A DNA stretch of 61,422 bases, the filler included, from Choristocarpus tenellus KU-1152 (lineage: Eukaryota; Protista; Phaeophyceae): NCBI GenBank assembly GCA_964200185.2. It is 6 parts of 6 records of this genome, joined end to end, with 100 filler letters (N's around TTAATTAATTAA, not from the genome) between each part and the next. Parts side by side here need not be neighbours in the genome. Positions count along the whole stretch, not along the records: positions 1 to 11,677 come from CAXNAD020002188.1; positions 11,778 to 19,706 come from CAXNAD020005380.1; 4 more parts are not named here. One strand, 5' to 3'. Below are positions 1 through 12,170 of the stretch, piece by piece. Position numbers and translations under genes: made by a program. Position 1 is the first letter of the stretch, and each line of letters starts with the position of its first letter. The notes under the pieces are model-generated. The model was not told the DNA's origin, made no database searches, and worked only from the letters and a program-made list of their open reading frames with translations.

Positions 1-27
1 AAGAAGAGGGAAGAGGGAATAGGTGAT

Positions 28-67
<40 letters not shown>

Positions 68-3000
68 ATTGTAATTGTGTATCAATGTCCATATTTTCAT
101 ATTTTCTGTGCTGCATACATACAAGGCGTGTGTTATAGGTAGGGGCCTACTCAAGAGCAGGCCTCTGAACGTCCGTTCGTACATTTGTAGCACACAATGG
201 TTTGCTCTGCCCCCTCTGCAACTGGAGCTCTGGGGGTGACCCTAAAGAGATTCAGGTCAGGATATTTTTGTTCTTTTTTTCGCTGGTGAAATTTCTTCTG
301 TGAGGACATGAGTGTCCAGAGTGCAAGATAACAGGGGAGGGAGAAGAGGTGTGCATAGGAGGGGCTGCAGTGTTAAATGTCTCATGTTATTTGTTCCCTA
401 TCTACTCGCTGGTCCTGGGCAGGAACCAAGAAGGTTACATTCGGAACTCCTATTGTACTCTGTGCAGCAATGAGCACAGGTGCAGCACTTCAAGATGCCG
501 TGCAGATTTTTTTTTTTTCTCAATGCAGAAAACAAGGTCGACTCCGGTTGAAAGAACACCCATTAGTGCTTTTACAGCGATTGGATTATTGGTTTTGACC
601 TGCAGAGGACTTGATTGAGCTGCATGAATATGTTACCGGCATCGGGTTGTGCTTTGGATGGTAACATTTGTCAAGCCTTCCTAGGTGGTGCCATGGCACT
701 AATGCCAAAAAGGCACACTCCCCGTCGAGCGCTGCTGTCATGCGGAGGGAAGGTGGTGCACAGGGGCGATACATACCATACGTCCAACGGTTTCGGTCTT
801 TCACGAAGGCAGTTTTTCTTTTTTTTTTCTTTGTTGTTTTTGTTGTTATATTTGTATTTTTTTGCTGCTGTGTGATTGGGTGTTTGGATAGAAAGAAGTC
901 AACCGCAATGTCAAGGTGTCGGTGCTTTTGAGGAGACCCTTCTTTGCGCCTAGCCTAGTAAAACGTGTCGTCGCTTTCAGGGTTACAGCAGAGAGGCCGC
1001 TACTTAGATGACCTTGCCAAATAGAAGTCACAGGGAGGTTGCTACGATGATGGGGTCTTATCTCGATACCGCTCAAAATCTCATCGCCACAACACCATTG
1101 AGAACGTACTCGAGCACTTCCTTACAAGTCAATACTGGAAGGGTACGGTCGAGTTTTGTCGGTGGGGGACTGTGGACCAACAAACTGCTGAGAGGTGTTA
1201 ACAAAATAGATTTGTGTACTGTACTTTGATGTTAGTATGGTGTCAAAATTGGTTTTATACGCTTTTTTAGTATGATAAAAAAAAAAATCTATCCTATTGC
1301 CCCTGCGGTAAAATACTGTTCTTTGGGCGGAGATCGATGAGGCCGGCCGATTTTCCGGCCCGTGATTACCGAGAACACCCTGATTTTGCATCCCAGGTGT
1401 TTTTATGAGATCCAACTCTTGCAAGACAGGAAGAGGAGAGGTGAAGAGACGCAAGCATCCCCAACATTTCTTTTTTTGTCCCAAAGAAGCATATAATCGG
1501 AAGAACTGAATTTTCAGAAATTCTGTAACACTCTGTGGCCTACGTGGGTCTTGAAATAGCACTCAAGTCGTGTCCTGGGTGTATTGTGTATTTGACAAAC
1601 GGGTGGGACACGACTGTGAGAGTAGTGTTTGAGTGTATGTACTTTTTGTAGTCCATGCTGTTTTTCCTGCCACTGCTCTCTTAAGGACAATGTACACGGC
1701 CTTAGGTAGATTTGATACTGTGATTGGTTCATTTTGATAGCTGCCATTCCACTTGTGCTTATTTATACCTGTGATCCATGGAAAGGGGAAGGCATCAAAG
1801 TATGGTAGTCCCCACTGTTTGCATACATACATAACATATATATGTATGTATGTATATATATCCGACGGGCTATGTTACTATTATCCATAGCAGTAGTAAA
1901 TGCTTTTCTTTTTTTTGAGAATCAGAGCGCTAAGATATTGTTTTAAGAATACTTAATAGTGGTACATGTTGTAGTGTATTATTATGATCATCACCTGTTG
2001 AAATAAAGGTTGAATTTCAGCCTCCTAATAGTTGGTGTTTGGTGGCCTAGAGACATCCTGCCTTAGAGGAAGGGTGTTGATGAGTATTGGGGTGTTTTGA
2101 CTGCCTTCTGGTACATGTATTTGTACCACTCTGGAGGGCAATTTCATGCTCATACGGACAAATGCTTGTCTTCTCCATGGCCACAGCCTCCTGAAGGGGG
2201 TTGCCTGCATTTCAGGCCTGGTAATGAGGTGGTGTCAGGCAAAAGATTCATGAAAAGCCTTGAGTGCTTGTGTCAGGACATGAATAGATAGACCCTCCTC
2301 TGAGATCGGACAAGGGCACACTTACATACTTGAAAGAGGCACAGCTCGAAACATTACAAGTTAAAAACATTGAAACTCAGAGGGTTGTGTCACACATATG
2401 ACATGTAACGGGCGAGGTAGTCCCAAACACATACAAAATGAAACAAGGTCGTGATGCTCTTGAGAGGGAGGTATGCCGTCACGCCTGCAGACGAATGAAA
2501 CCCCTTCCCCGACCTCCATGACCACACTCTTCATAAATTGAGGTCATGCAAAGTTATATACTTGACTGTATGACTACCAACGTCTTCCAGCGACAATTCT
2601 ATGGAACAGCATTGAAGTTGTTCTTTGTACTTTGTTTCACACGTTTTTTTGAGGTTCAGCTCCCAAATAGGCAGAAATCAGTGCTGTTTCTAGCGTTCAC
2701 CCCCCACTGTTCACCGGTGTAACTCCACCACCGAGGAAGGACCTTCGGTCACAAAAATAAAAAATGAGAACCAGAGATTAATGTAAAGCGATTGAAAAAA
2801 TTCGAAAATTGTGTTTACGTTTTCCGGTGGTTTGGTGAGGTAGGTGGAAGGCATTTCACTAAAACAGCTAAACTTACATGCACTTAACCCTTCGCTGCAA
2901 GGTCTTTACATTCCCATACACTTAACCATCTCACCTACGCTCTACTTGTCTACCTGATGCCTTGAGTTCCTCCACCTCTGGCGGTCCATTTTGTTTCATC

Positions 3001-4350
3001 TCGTCAAAATTTCGTATCATGTGTCGTCTCGCTTCAAACCACAAAAAAACGCCTTCCCCCCCCCCCCCACCTACAGCAGTATCATATTGGTAAAAGACTT
3101 GTCAATGTAAAAAAAAAAATCATCTCTCGACATCAATATTGATTGTCCAACAGGTAACAGTCGATAGTCCCTCAAAACATGTGTAACGGTAATTAATTAC
3201 ATGAATTAAACAACACTGGTGTCTTGAAGATGCTATCAGCATGAAGACAAAAAAACAAGCACAGGCCGATAAAACATGTACACAATTGTGCTCTGCTGCC
3301 ATTCAGCTACCGCTGCATGGCATGGCCTACGTACTACCTGGACGCACCATTATCCTCAATTAACTCAACATCTCCAACCAATCAATCACCTACAACAACA
3401 AAAAAATGCAAGTGCAGTAGCATGGGGCTCACAGTTGTCTCCACAGATTCATCTTCTTCGAAGTACACAAGTAGCTACCCTTGTGTGTATGTTAGCTTGT
3501 TGCACCACTAATCGATTTTATTCCTGTAAGCATCCCCCCTCCTACTCTGCTTGAAAACCGCGAAGCACTAGCCCTAACCCTGATCCAGTTGTTGTGCAAA
3601 AGAAAGAACAAAATATAAAAACGAGAAGTATCATTAAATTATTCTTGTTCAACCCACCGTTGTTGTTGAAACTCCGCTGTAGCCCTACACTTCAACAAAG
3701 TAGTAAGCGGGGAAATGTTTGAAAACAATGTATTCATAGCATGGAAGTGGACAGCACAGTTGAGAACCTTGGAGATCCACTTCACATATACACACACACA
3801 AACACACACACACAAACACAAACACACAAACACACACACATAGGTAAGAGAGACTCATACAATTAAGAGAAGTAATATGTCAAAAGAGACGGAATACCCA
3901 ACACAGCGAGACTTTGAGCAAACAATGCTTGCAAGCACATGTTTGCAGCAGTAGCTCAGCTGAACAACAGTACCCATCATTCTCCAACAAGCACTCTGTA
4001 GTACGACCTATGTACAAGTAGACAACCACATGCCTAACGAACTCTTCTACATCTTCCTGCAGATTATCCTTACCCCCCTCCTCCCCCTTCCTCCTTTTTG
4101 GTACACTCCCCAAAGCACCAGATTGATACTCCACTCACGCATTGTGCTGCTACAAAAAGTAGCAGGTGTCACTAGTAACAGCTCTACATGGCGCAAGACT
4201 TAGTGCAGGAACACACAGTCTTCTACCTGCCTTGTTAGTCCCCCAGTCCAGTCTATATCTTCAGTCTTTACATGGATCTACCAATGATATGGCGAAAACC
4301 ATGTGCATCCTATTCTTCCCCCCCCCCTACCCTCATTTTTTTTCTCACTC

Positions 4351-5522
4351 TCAATTGAACAGTCCTTCTGCTTCCCACAGGTCCACGAGCAGGTCTAACA
4401 TCTGTGGCAGCGGTACTGCCTTGGGCAAACTTCCATCACCACCCCTCCCTGAGAACAGATCATCGATCACCTGATCCACATCCATTGTCCGTGCCCTGTT
4501 CCCCCCCCCAAAACACCGAGCGCAAACATCCACACGACAAGCACATTTGCAATTGCTCGGAATTTAAAGCCACAGTCTAGAGTAGTATCAAGTCCTTTTT
4601 ACGGGAGGAATGTGACTTGAAGTATCTGTTGTGAGTGGGTGGATGCAAAGCTCTCTTTGTCGGGGGCAGGGGTCACAACTCCTCTGTCACATTTATTGAA
4701 TACGCAATTGGGCTAAATGTGATACATGCCACATTTACAAAGATGGTCTTGGTAAGATTCCTCCTCTCTAATGTTATAATTTTCCCTTTCCCAAACATGC
4801 TGTGCTGCTTCCTTTCAGGAATGCTAAGGCCTTTTATCGACCCATGTAACACCTACCTTCGCCTCCCCACTGGTCGACGGTCCTTACCGGACAACCATTC
4901 CTCCCTTGCTTTCTCCCATCGGAGTAGACCTGAGAGGTGAATTCGTGTAGGTGTGTGTTCATGCATTGTTCCTTCGCTGGAGAACTTCCTTCAAAATTGA
5001 AGATACCAACCTCAGGAGGTTGGGGTGCGCCCGTGTGCAAGTGACGAACAGCCTTGGGTGGGTATAACGCTGGGCACGCTTGTACACGGGAATGGAATAA
5101 CATCGACGATAATGCTTACAACGACAAGGTGGTGGCTACATCTGCATGGCTTTGCACAATCTAAACTGAACTTACCACCGTTTGGCATTTATAGATAGTG
5201 AAGCAGCTCATAAGAAAATGCAAACACTACGTCGAATGAAGCATAGTAATGGAGGCGTGTAGTGGACGAACTTTCCAGCTTGCAGTGTCTAAATATGAGA
5301 ACAGATGACCCAAGCGTTTATCCTATGAGTGGAGTGAACCAGGCATAAACCCATGCAAATTTCGACCGAAAATGTTTCTACAATATCCTTCACACCATAC
5401 ACACCGGTTGCTATCTATGGTTCAAGTGACTTCCTGCTCTCCTTACCATGGTTGACATATGGTTCATCAATATCCTCCCATGTATCTTCACTTGGTAACT
5501 TTTTTGAGGCGTCTACCGACAT
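4351..5522 (-). CDS. DUF4050 / Gag1-like clamp domain protein (3 exons, about 97 aa, apparently complete)
   Basis: Exons 5522-5447, 4929-4857 and 4495-4351 join in phase at GT-AG sites. They give MSVDASKKLPSEDTWEDIDEPYVNHG|LLRWEKAREEWLSGKDRRPVGRRR|ARTMDVDQVIDDLFSG...PKAVPLPQMLDLLVDLWEAEGLFN*. Both DUF4050 signatures are present: VNHGLxxW...RxxW and PxPLxxMxDxLVDxWExEGL. Confidence 0.85.
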
Positions 5523-6016
5523 GTTTTGCTCATAGATAAAGGCGTACCACGAACGAGTCCGGACTTTTCCCACGCTATCCCACTACTATGAAAGGAAGAT
5601 ATTTTAAGTGTCCAAGTTCGTGGTTGAACAAAGGAGAATATACACACAACCAACTCCTTCAAAGAACGCCTTGCAAGAATGAGAAACGGTTGAATTATCA
5701 AACCAAAAACGATTACAACGCTAATAGTAGTGAACCACAAATCAACGGGTGAATCAAAAACTTTTGTCGAGAGGTGGAGGTTTGATCACTCCTCGTTCCT
5801 ACCTCGGATTCTGTTATAGCGAAATGGATCTCTGTTTGCTAGAGGGGCTCAACTCCGACCTATGAGTAATTGTTCTCAACAAGCATTAGTCTGGCTACGC
5901 CTGAGTGTGGTATCCACGCCGTTGCGACGACTTGGGCGAGATTTGGCAGAAATTCCCAGCATTGGAACCCAATTGTCAGAGGATAGTGAAATTGACCGTG
6001 GATATAGGGCGAAAAT

Positions 6017-9000
6017 ATGTTGACAAAGGCGCCCCCCACTGCCAAGGCCAGGACATCGAACAAGATACTTCTGGGTGCGTGGTTTCATGGAACCCACGGG
6101 TAGGCGCACACTGGATATTCGAGGAGATACTCCTCATCAGTGAATGGCACATGCACGCCGTTGCGGGGATCGACTTCTTCTCAGTCTTAAGAAATATAAT
6201 GTTTTCTGATAAATCAGTGAAGTCTCTCCCTCGCAGACGTCGTAGGCACCTTGGTGATTACAGTCATTTCAACACCTGCGAATAACTCTTCCCCTATTCA
6301 TTCTTCGCATACAGGCCAACGCGGAGGAATCTCCAAAGGACCATCGGGTCAACAAAGCATGCCTGAGCTCAGTGAATATATCCAGGTTGACTGAAGACTG
6401 GTGACTTCGACTACATGTATATTTCACCTTGACAATTTGAAATGAAATCGTCTTAAGACAATCAGTATTACTCATATAATAGGTATACATGGAATGGATC
6501 ACAAGACTCCCAGGACAAATATTCGCAGGGAGATCCCATGTTGCAGCTCACTCAATTGATTGTGTAGACCACGCCTCCTATGCACAGTTCGTTGCACTTC
6601 TCAACCCCTGAAACTCCGCAGGCAAGGGATTACACTGGGGCACTGACATTGCTCGAGTTCAACCGTAAATCGGGAGACGAAGAGAACCTTGAGGATACTC
6701 TTCTGTGGATTGGTTATTGCGGGTTTCACCTAGGAAACTACCAGAGATCTATAGATGCTTACGAGGTGAGTCAGGGTCGGGGGTGGAGTGTGCAGAAGGC
6801 ATCCGTATTGCTCTAAACATTGAAGGAGATACTACTGTATCTGAAGATCGATCACCTTCCAACAGGGCTCAACAATCAAGGTGGAGTGAATACTAAGTAC
6901 CATGAAAGGATGACTTTGGAGCGCACAAATATATTAACTTCTTAGTAAAAGAATGAAAATGCGACAATTCACCAGGTATCCGTTCCTTTGCATGAACAAT
7001 CTCCTTGGATTGAAAGAGCCAAACCAATCGAGAAGTGGGCAGGATTGCATTTGAAGGATCCCGAGAAAAGGCACAAAGGACACTTGGTACACATGTATAA
7101 AGAGCTTATGCTTTTCTGTGGTATCAAATTTTGTGTGGAAAGGGGGATATCATTTTTGCGTACAACTAATGTGCACATGAAGCAATAAACTAGAGTGTAT
7201 TGCTCAGGGTAAGAATTATGACTTAGAATGCAAAAGGGTCCAAAACTGCCTACCTCTCAATTGATTTGCCTCGAACAATATGTACTCAAATTTGATGGGA
7301 CGTGACACTAATATTAGAAAGCCCTGACTCTTGGTGGAATATATCAATACTTGAATGTATATCCTTCAGCGACCTTCTCGGAGGGTTTGGGTATACTCTG
7401 AGCTTTATGAGCTCGAGTGTCGTAGGTCACTGCTTTTACTTCTTTCTTTCTGGCTTTTTCTACGACTGATACTATTGCTACATTTTATGTCCCTAGTTCT
7501 TGTCCAATAGACATATTCTTTTCTGCTCTCCTCTTGAGCCAAACCAAAGGAGAGGTATTCAGGATTGCATTTCAAGGATCCCGAGAAAGGGAAGAAATAT
7601 GCCATTTTGTAAAATTGCAGAAAGAGAAGTTGGTGAATTGCGGTGTCAGTGTGTGTGTGTGTGAAGGGGAAATATCAACTTTGCACACACTACTTTGCAC
7701 ATAAAGCAATGAAATAGAGTGTAGCACAGAGTCAAAGCGTTTAAGAGGATAGGGCTACATCCTTTTGGGGTCATGAATCCAATGTTGTGATTTTGAGGAA
7801 TTTTGGCTATCGCGTTTGTTAGGGGGTGTCAAGGGTCAAAGTATCTGGGGGGGTGGTGGCTGTCCATTTGGGGTCAATCTTTTCATGTCACGATTTCTGG
7901 GTGATTTGGCTCCATACGTTGAATGGATAATGAAGGTGCACTTTTCCTATTTTTGACCCAAATGGACACTCGGGGACACACTATTCATTGTCATACACAT
8001 TTTAGTCAACAGTGTTCACACAGAAAACCGAAAAAGGACATAAAAACCCGTGAGAAGCAAAGTCCCAAGAGAACAAACTGGTCAAAACTCCTACCTTCTT
8101 AAATGCTTAGGCTCACAGGGTCTGAAAGATGGCTTGGAATGCAAAAGGGTTCAACCTGCCTACCTATCAATTGGTTTGCCTCTCTTGTATTGCCTTTGTG
8201 AGCACAGTCTGAGGATGTCGTAAGTTGCTTTTAATCCACGACAACACTTCCCAATGGTTTACGCACCATTCCATCACGAATCAAACCAAAGTGTAGTAGT
8301 AACCAATCAGTCAGATAACCAGACCCCTCTCCAAAGGACAAAGAAGGCGCATGCTATGTATCTATCTCTTCACACTTTCTGATAGGAGAAACAAACCATG
8401 TCACTCACTAAGGACTGCCAAGAACTTGTTGTGACTATGATCATGGTAACACCTTGAACAGTTCCAAGCAAGTTGATTCCAACTCTAAGAACATGAAAAG
8501 ATATATATATATATATATATGAAGAATAAAAACTTCTCCAGCTTGCGTTCCGACATCAGCTCCTAGAAAAAAAGTTTTTGGAGGAGAAACATCTGGTGAA
8601 CACAGCACAAAAAAAGAGTGAAAGTATCTTAGAGGGTACAAGTTTTGCCCTGTTTGTCCATTTGGGACTTGGCTTACCATGGGTTTTTTTAATGGCATTT
8701 ACCTACTCCAAAATGTCTCAAAGTAGGCAAAATGTATACACTATGAAAAAGTGTGTCCAGAACAAGGATATTGATACTTCCTAACAAATACGATAGCCAA
8801 AATCACATCAAAATCGCAACATCGGATTTTGGCTCCCAAATGGATGCGGCTCTACCCTCTAAGATACTTTGACTCAAAAGCAGAAAATTAGAACATTCAA
8901 CAAAGGAGAATTAATAACAAATGGCATTCACATAGTTGTCCATTTTTTCTTTGCAAGACTTGGTGAAAAACAGGAATAAAAGAGCATGAACGGAAGAAAC

Positions 9001-11537
9001 GAACTATCTTCAGGAAAGGACCTAACTTGGGCACAGATTCGGTGAGCTTCCCTTCACCAATACAGCCAACCTCCTCAAAATTCCAACTTTCTGATCTCCC
9101 TCTTGTCATCGCTCGGGGTCTGCCAGGAGTTGTCCTCTCTTGGTGGGCAGCAAGGCAAGGTTAAGGTGGAAGAGGTGAAGCTCTTTATGGCATGCTGCTT
9201 CTACTACATGCAGATGTATGACAAGGTTAGCTTACTCATATGACAAACCAGGGTTAATTGGCACATCGCAAGGTGCAATATGCTGCCAAGACACTAAGAA
9301 ATACTCTGTAGCACTACTGAGCGGAGACTGGAGTATCATGCTTTGTTCTTGGGCAATTACTTGCCAAGTACTGAAAATCGTCAAGCCTGGGGTTCTGTTT
9401 TGGAAAAGATGGGTTTTGGGGGGTGCACAGTTGTTTGGTGCCCTGATATGGCTAGAGGAAAATTTAGGTGACATCGTGACAGACTGTCAAGAGGCGATTT
9501 TGAACGAGGCATGAACTGCTGATGTGAGTGTAGGCAGAGCTCGGAATCATAAAAACCCTTATCTAATTCAGCCTCTTTTGAACTCATGAAGAAGAAAAAC
9601 GGAGGAGGTGCTCACTAGAAACAGCAACACATCAAGATATCAAGAGGCGTTCTTCGCACGAAATGGGATATCAAGAGGTTGGACTATTGCTTTGAGTTGT
9701 TGGGAGCTAGCCGGAAATTTAACCACGAAGTCCTCTGACTCACATTTCTTGAAAGGGCAGTGCTTATCAAGGGGGGTATGCAATAATGAATCGCATATAA
9801 ATTCTAGTATCGAGGAACTGTGACAAGTCTTTATTTTTTCAAGCAAACAATTGTTTCTTCCTTGCACCCCATGACATGACAAGATAGGGTGTGTCCAAAC
9901 AAGGTGGAGTCTACCGTTAGTCAGACACATGCAAAAATGAAAAAAAAACTTGGACATGCTCTCTTCAAAGTTTCATCTTTGTTTTTCTGAAGCACAGGAT
10001 TAGATTGGCTTGGTTTGGCAATATTGGATGCCCCTCATCTGCTGTCTTGTTTTCAGCTGAAACCTCTAGGACATGAACTACAGTGTGGCTCAAAGTATCT
10101 GGGGGGGGGGTGGCGGCTGTCCATTTGGGGTCAATTCTTTCATGTCTCAATTTTCGGGTGATTTGGTTGCATAAGTCGGATGGATAATGTAAGTGCACTT
10201 TTCCTGATTTTGGTCCAAAATGGACACCCTGGTGTAGACCCCTCCCCCCCCCCCCAGATATTTTGGGTCTGTACCATTTTAATAGTAATTGTGTATGTGT
10301 GTGTGTGTCACGTACACAGGCAGAGGAGTTGGCATCGAGAGGTCTGAATTGTGCTTTGAAGAACCGTCTTCTATTTCACATCTCTCACAAGCTAGGCAAT
10401 GAGAACAAGCTGATGGAATACCACCAGAAGCTGTCTGACACCAATGAGGACCAGCTGTCCCTTGCGGCCATTCACTACCTCCGCAGTCACTTCCAAGAGG
10501 TGGGGAGAGAGGAGAGGAGGTGTTTGGAGAGACACTATTATTTAGTTACAAAATATTTAATAAGACTTAGAAAACGGTACAGTTAACTGATAGTTAAGAA
10601 AAAGTGTTGATAAGATGGTTAGTAGATTTTTTTTTATCAAAGAGTGAATTCGATCATTTTATATCGTTTAGAGCAAGAGCTTATTGAAGGCGTTTTAATT
10701 TTTTCTTATATTAATCAATAGTTAAATTTATTATTTTAACACTAGAAAGGACGAAGTACTTCCAGGGAGAGTACACATTCCTTCTGGACAAAGTTGCGCT
10801 TGTATATTTTGGTATCGAAGGATGGAGGGTGGCTGCAACATGGTTGCTTTAGGTTTCGTTTTATTTTTTCTCTTGCAGGATTGGACCAGTCCGCTTTTCC
10901 TCATATTCCTGCACTTGATCGATGTGTTTGGACAGGATGGTCCTTGTAAATGGTCCTGAAATATTTACAATTCTTAGTACTGCAATCGCCCATGAGTTTC
11001 TTAGAAGGCAAGCTTCTTTCAGCCGGTAATCCTTCCATCAACCATGGTCCTTCTATGCCATGTAGTGCCAGGTACCTTGAAGGAAATTATCGGTGTGCCA
11101 TGATACCCCTAGGCGAAGCCTTTTGCAAAGTGGTCAAGGACACCAAGGTTGATGCCAAGCAGGATGTGAAGCATCAACGGGGGATACAAGTTCCTGAGAT
11201 GAACAACATGGAATCTCACAGCCCTCGCGTGTTCTCGCTACAAGCACAACAACTCGTTTTGCCACCCAGCCACCATTGCTCTGGCGAGGTTCTGTTATCA
11301 CAATGCCCCATGCAAACAAACAATTAATAGGCTTGCAAACCATCACCGTTGCCTTCACGGTATTCCCAGGCCACAGACATTTACAAAAGACTTCTCCTGG
11401 ACAATCGAGATGACCTGGGCCTAAATGTGTATGTGGCTATGTGTTACTACAAGCTGGATTACTATGATGTATCGATGGAGATCCTGGCAGTCTACCTACA
11501 GGCTCACCCAGATAGTGCAGTGGCCATGAATCTCAAG
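6017..11537 (+). CDS. IFT56: Intraflagellar transport protein 56 (TTC26/DYF-13), 5' part; 3' end lost at contig break
   Basis: In-phase exons: 6017-6074 ([19 protein letters not shown]), 6315-6385 (GQRGG...MPELSEYIQ), 6622-6765 ([13 protein letters not shown]...[22 protein letters not shown]), 9127-9225 (...[15 protein letters not shown]), 10320-10499 (...[46 protein letters not shown]), 11370-11537 ([56 protein letters not shown]). These closely resemble the TTC26 TPR region. Confidence 0.93.
7015..8182. repeat. Diverged direct duplication (~250-bp unit) in IFT56 intron 3; the second copy is interrupted by a MITE
   Basis: ~7015-7272 aligns with ~7535-7728 + 8115-8182. Shared strings include CAGGATTGCATTT.AAGGATCCCGAGAAA and GAATGCAAAAGGGT...CTGCCTACCT.TCAATTG.TTTGCCTC. 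Confidence 0.8.
7729..8114 (+). mobile_element. MITE family A copy (Harbinger/Tourist-like) containing a nested partial family B copy at ~7833-7971
   Basis: Ends GAGTCAAAGCGTTTAAGAGG ... CCTTCTTAAATGCTTAGGCTC, flanked by an ACA/ACA 3-bp TSD. A paralogous empty site lies at ~7191-7210. Confidence 0.8.
8616..8875 (-). mobile_element. MITE family A copy (260 bp)
   Basis: TIR GAGTGAAAGTATCTTAGAGGGTA / TACCCTCTAAGATACTTTGACTC, TSD AAA/AAA. The interior is homologous to the other copies. Confidence 0.85.
10087..10269 (+). mobile_element. MITE family B copy (~183 bp, poly-G/poly-C subterminal tracts)
   Basis: GGCTCAAAGTATCTGGGGGGGGGG ... CCCCCCCAGATATTTTGGGTC, TSD TGT/TGT. Confidence 0.85.
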
Positions 11538-11607
11538 GTGACTGTGGACGGTTAGCCTAAGTGGGTGGGATGGTTTTGTGTGGTCAGGGATGCGAAATCT
11601 GCAGTGG

Positions 11608-11650
11608 GAGTCAAAGTATCTGGGGGGGGGGGGGGGGGGGGGGGGTGGGG
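11608..11650 (+). mobile_element. Terminus of a MITE family B copy running into poly-G just before the contig break
   Basis: GAGTCAAAGTATCT followed by a long G-run. Confidence 0.65.
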
Positions 11651-11677
11651 ACCGTTTTTATCGCTTTTTCGGATTTT

Positions 11678-11777
11678 NNNNNNNNNNNNNNNNNNNNNNN
11701 NNNNNNNNNNNNNNNNNNNNNTTAATTAATTAANNNNNNNNNNNNNNNNNNNNNNNNNNNNNNNNNNNNNNNNNNNN
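11678..11777. other. Artificial contig spacer (N-run + TTAATTAATTAA + N-run)
   Basis: 100-nt spacer with stops in all six frames, identical in design to four others. Confidence 0.97.
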
Positions 11778-11792
11778 ACACGGTATGGGCCA

Positions 11793-11834
<42 letters not shown>

Positions 11835-12170
11835 GTAGACTAAGACCAGCTCGTTTTTTTTTTTCCCCCCCATCTGAGGGAAGTTACTCAGGATACTCAG
11901 GATTCGGTTGGGGATGCGGACAGCTATCCGAAGCTCACTGGAGTGGTCTCCTTGCTGCCGACGACTCCAAAGAGCTATCAGTCCTGCCACATGCTGTAAA
12001 TCTGTTGACCGGAGAGGCAAGCAACATCTAGTAACTATCAATCCAGCCCACTGTTGACTGTATCTCCAGCCCAGTGGTGCCGGAGATCGCAACTTGCACG
12101 CACGCGTTGTGGCCCTCCGTTCAAACGACAGGGATTCTGCACAGTGATGTGTTGCTTGCTGGTGTCCAAC

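Noticed and set aside
130-1560. Coding-like stretches and short ORFs near the window start
   Set aside because: No consistent exon phase or recognisable domain.
2690-3040. Candidate minus-strand exons (FEARRHMIRNFDEMKQNGPPEVEELKASGRQVER|RSFLGGG...*)
   Set aside because: Splice sites are plausible, but no family was recognised and upstream exons could not be linked.
9640-9957. ORF containing KFPASS...IVQPLD, reminiscent of the pogo/DDE_1 QPLD motif
   Set aside because: It is a single short motif, with no other catalytic residues or TIRs recognised.
11722-11733. Recurring TTAATTAATTAA palindrome as a biological motif (e.g. piggyBac TTAA or a recombination site)
   Set aside because: It is always centred in identical N-runs, so it is a synthetic six-frame stop linker.
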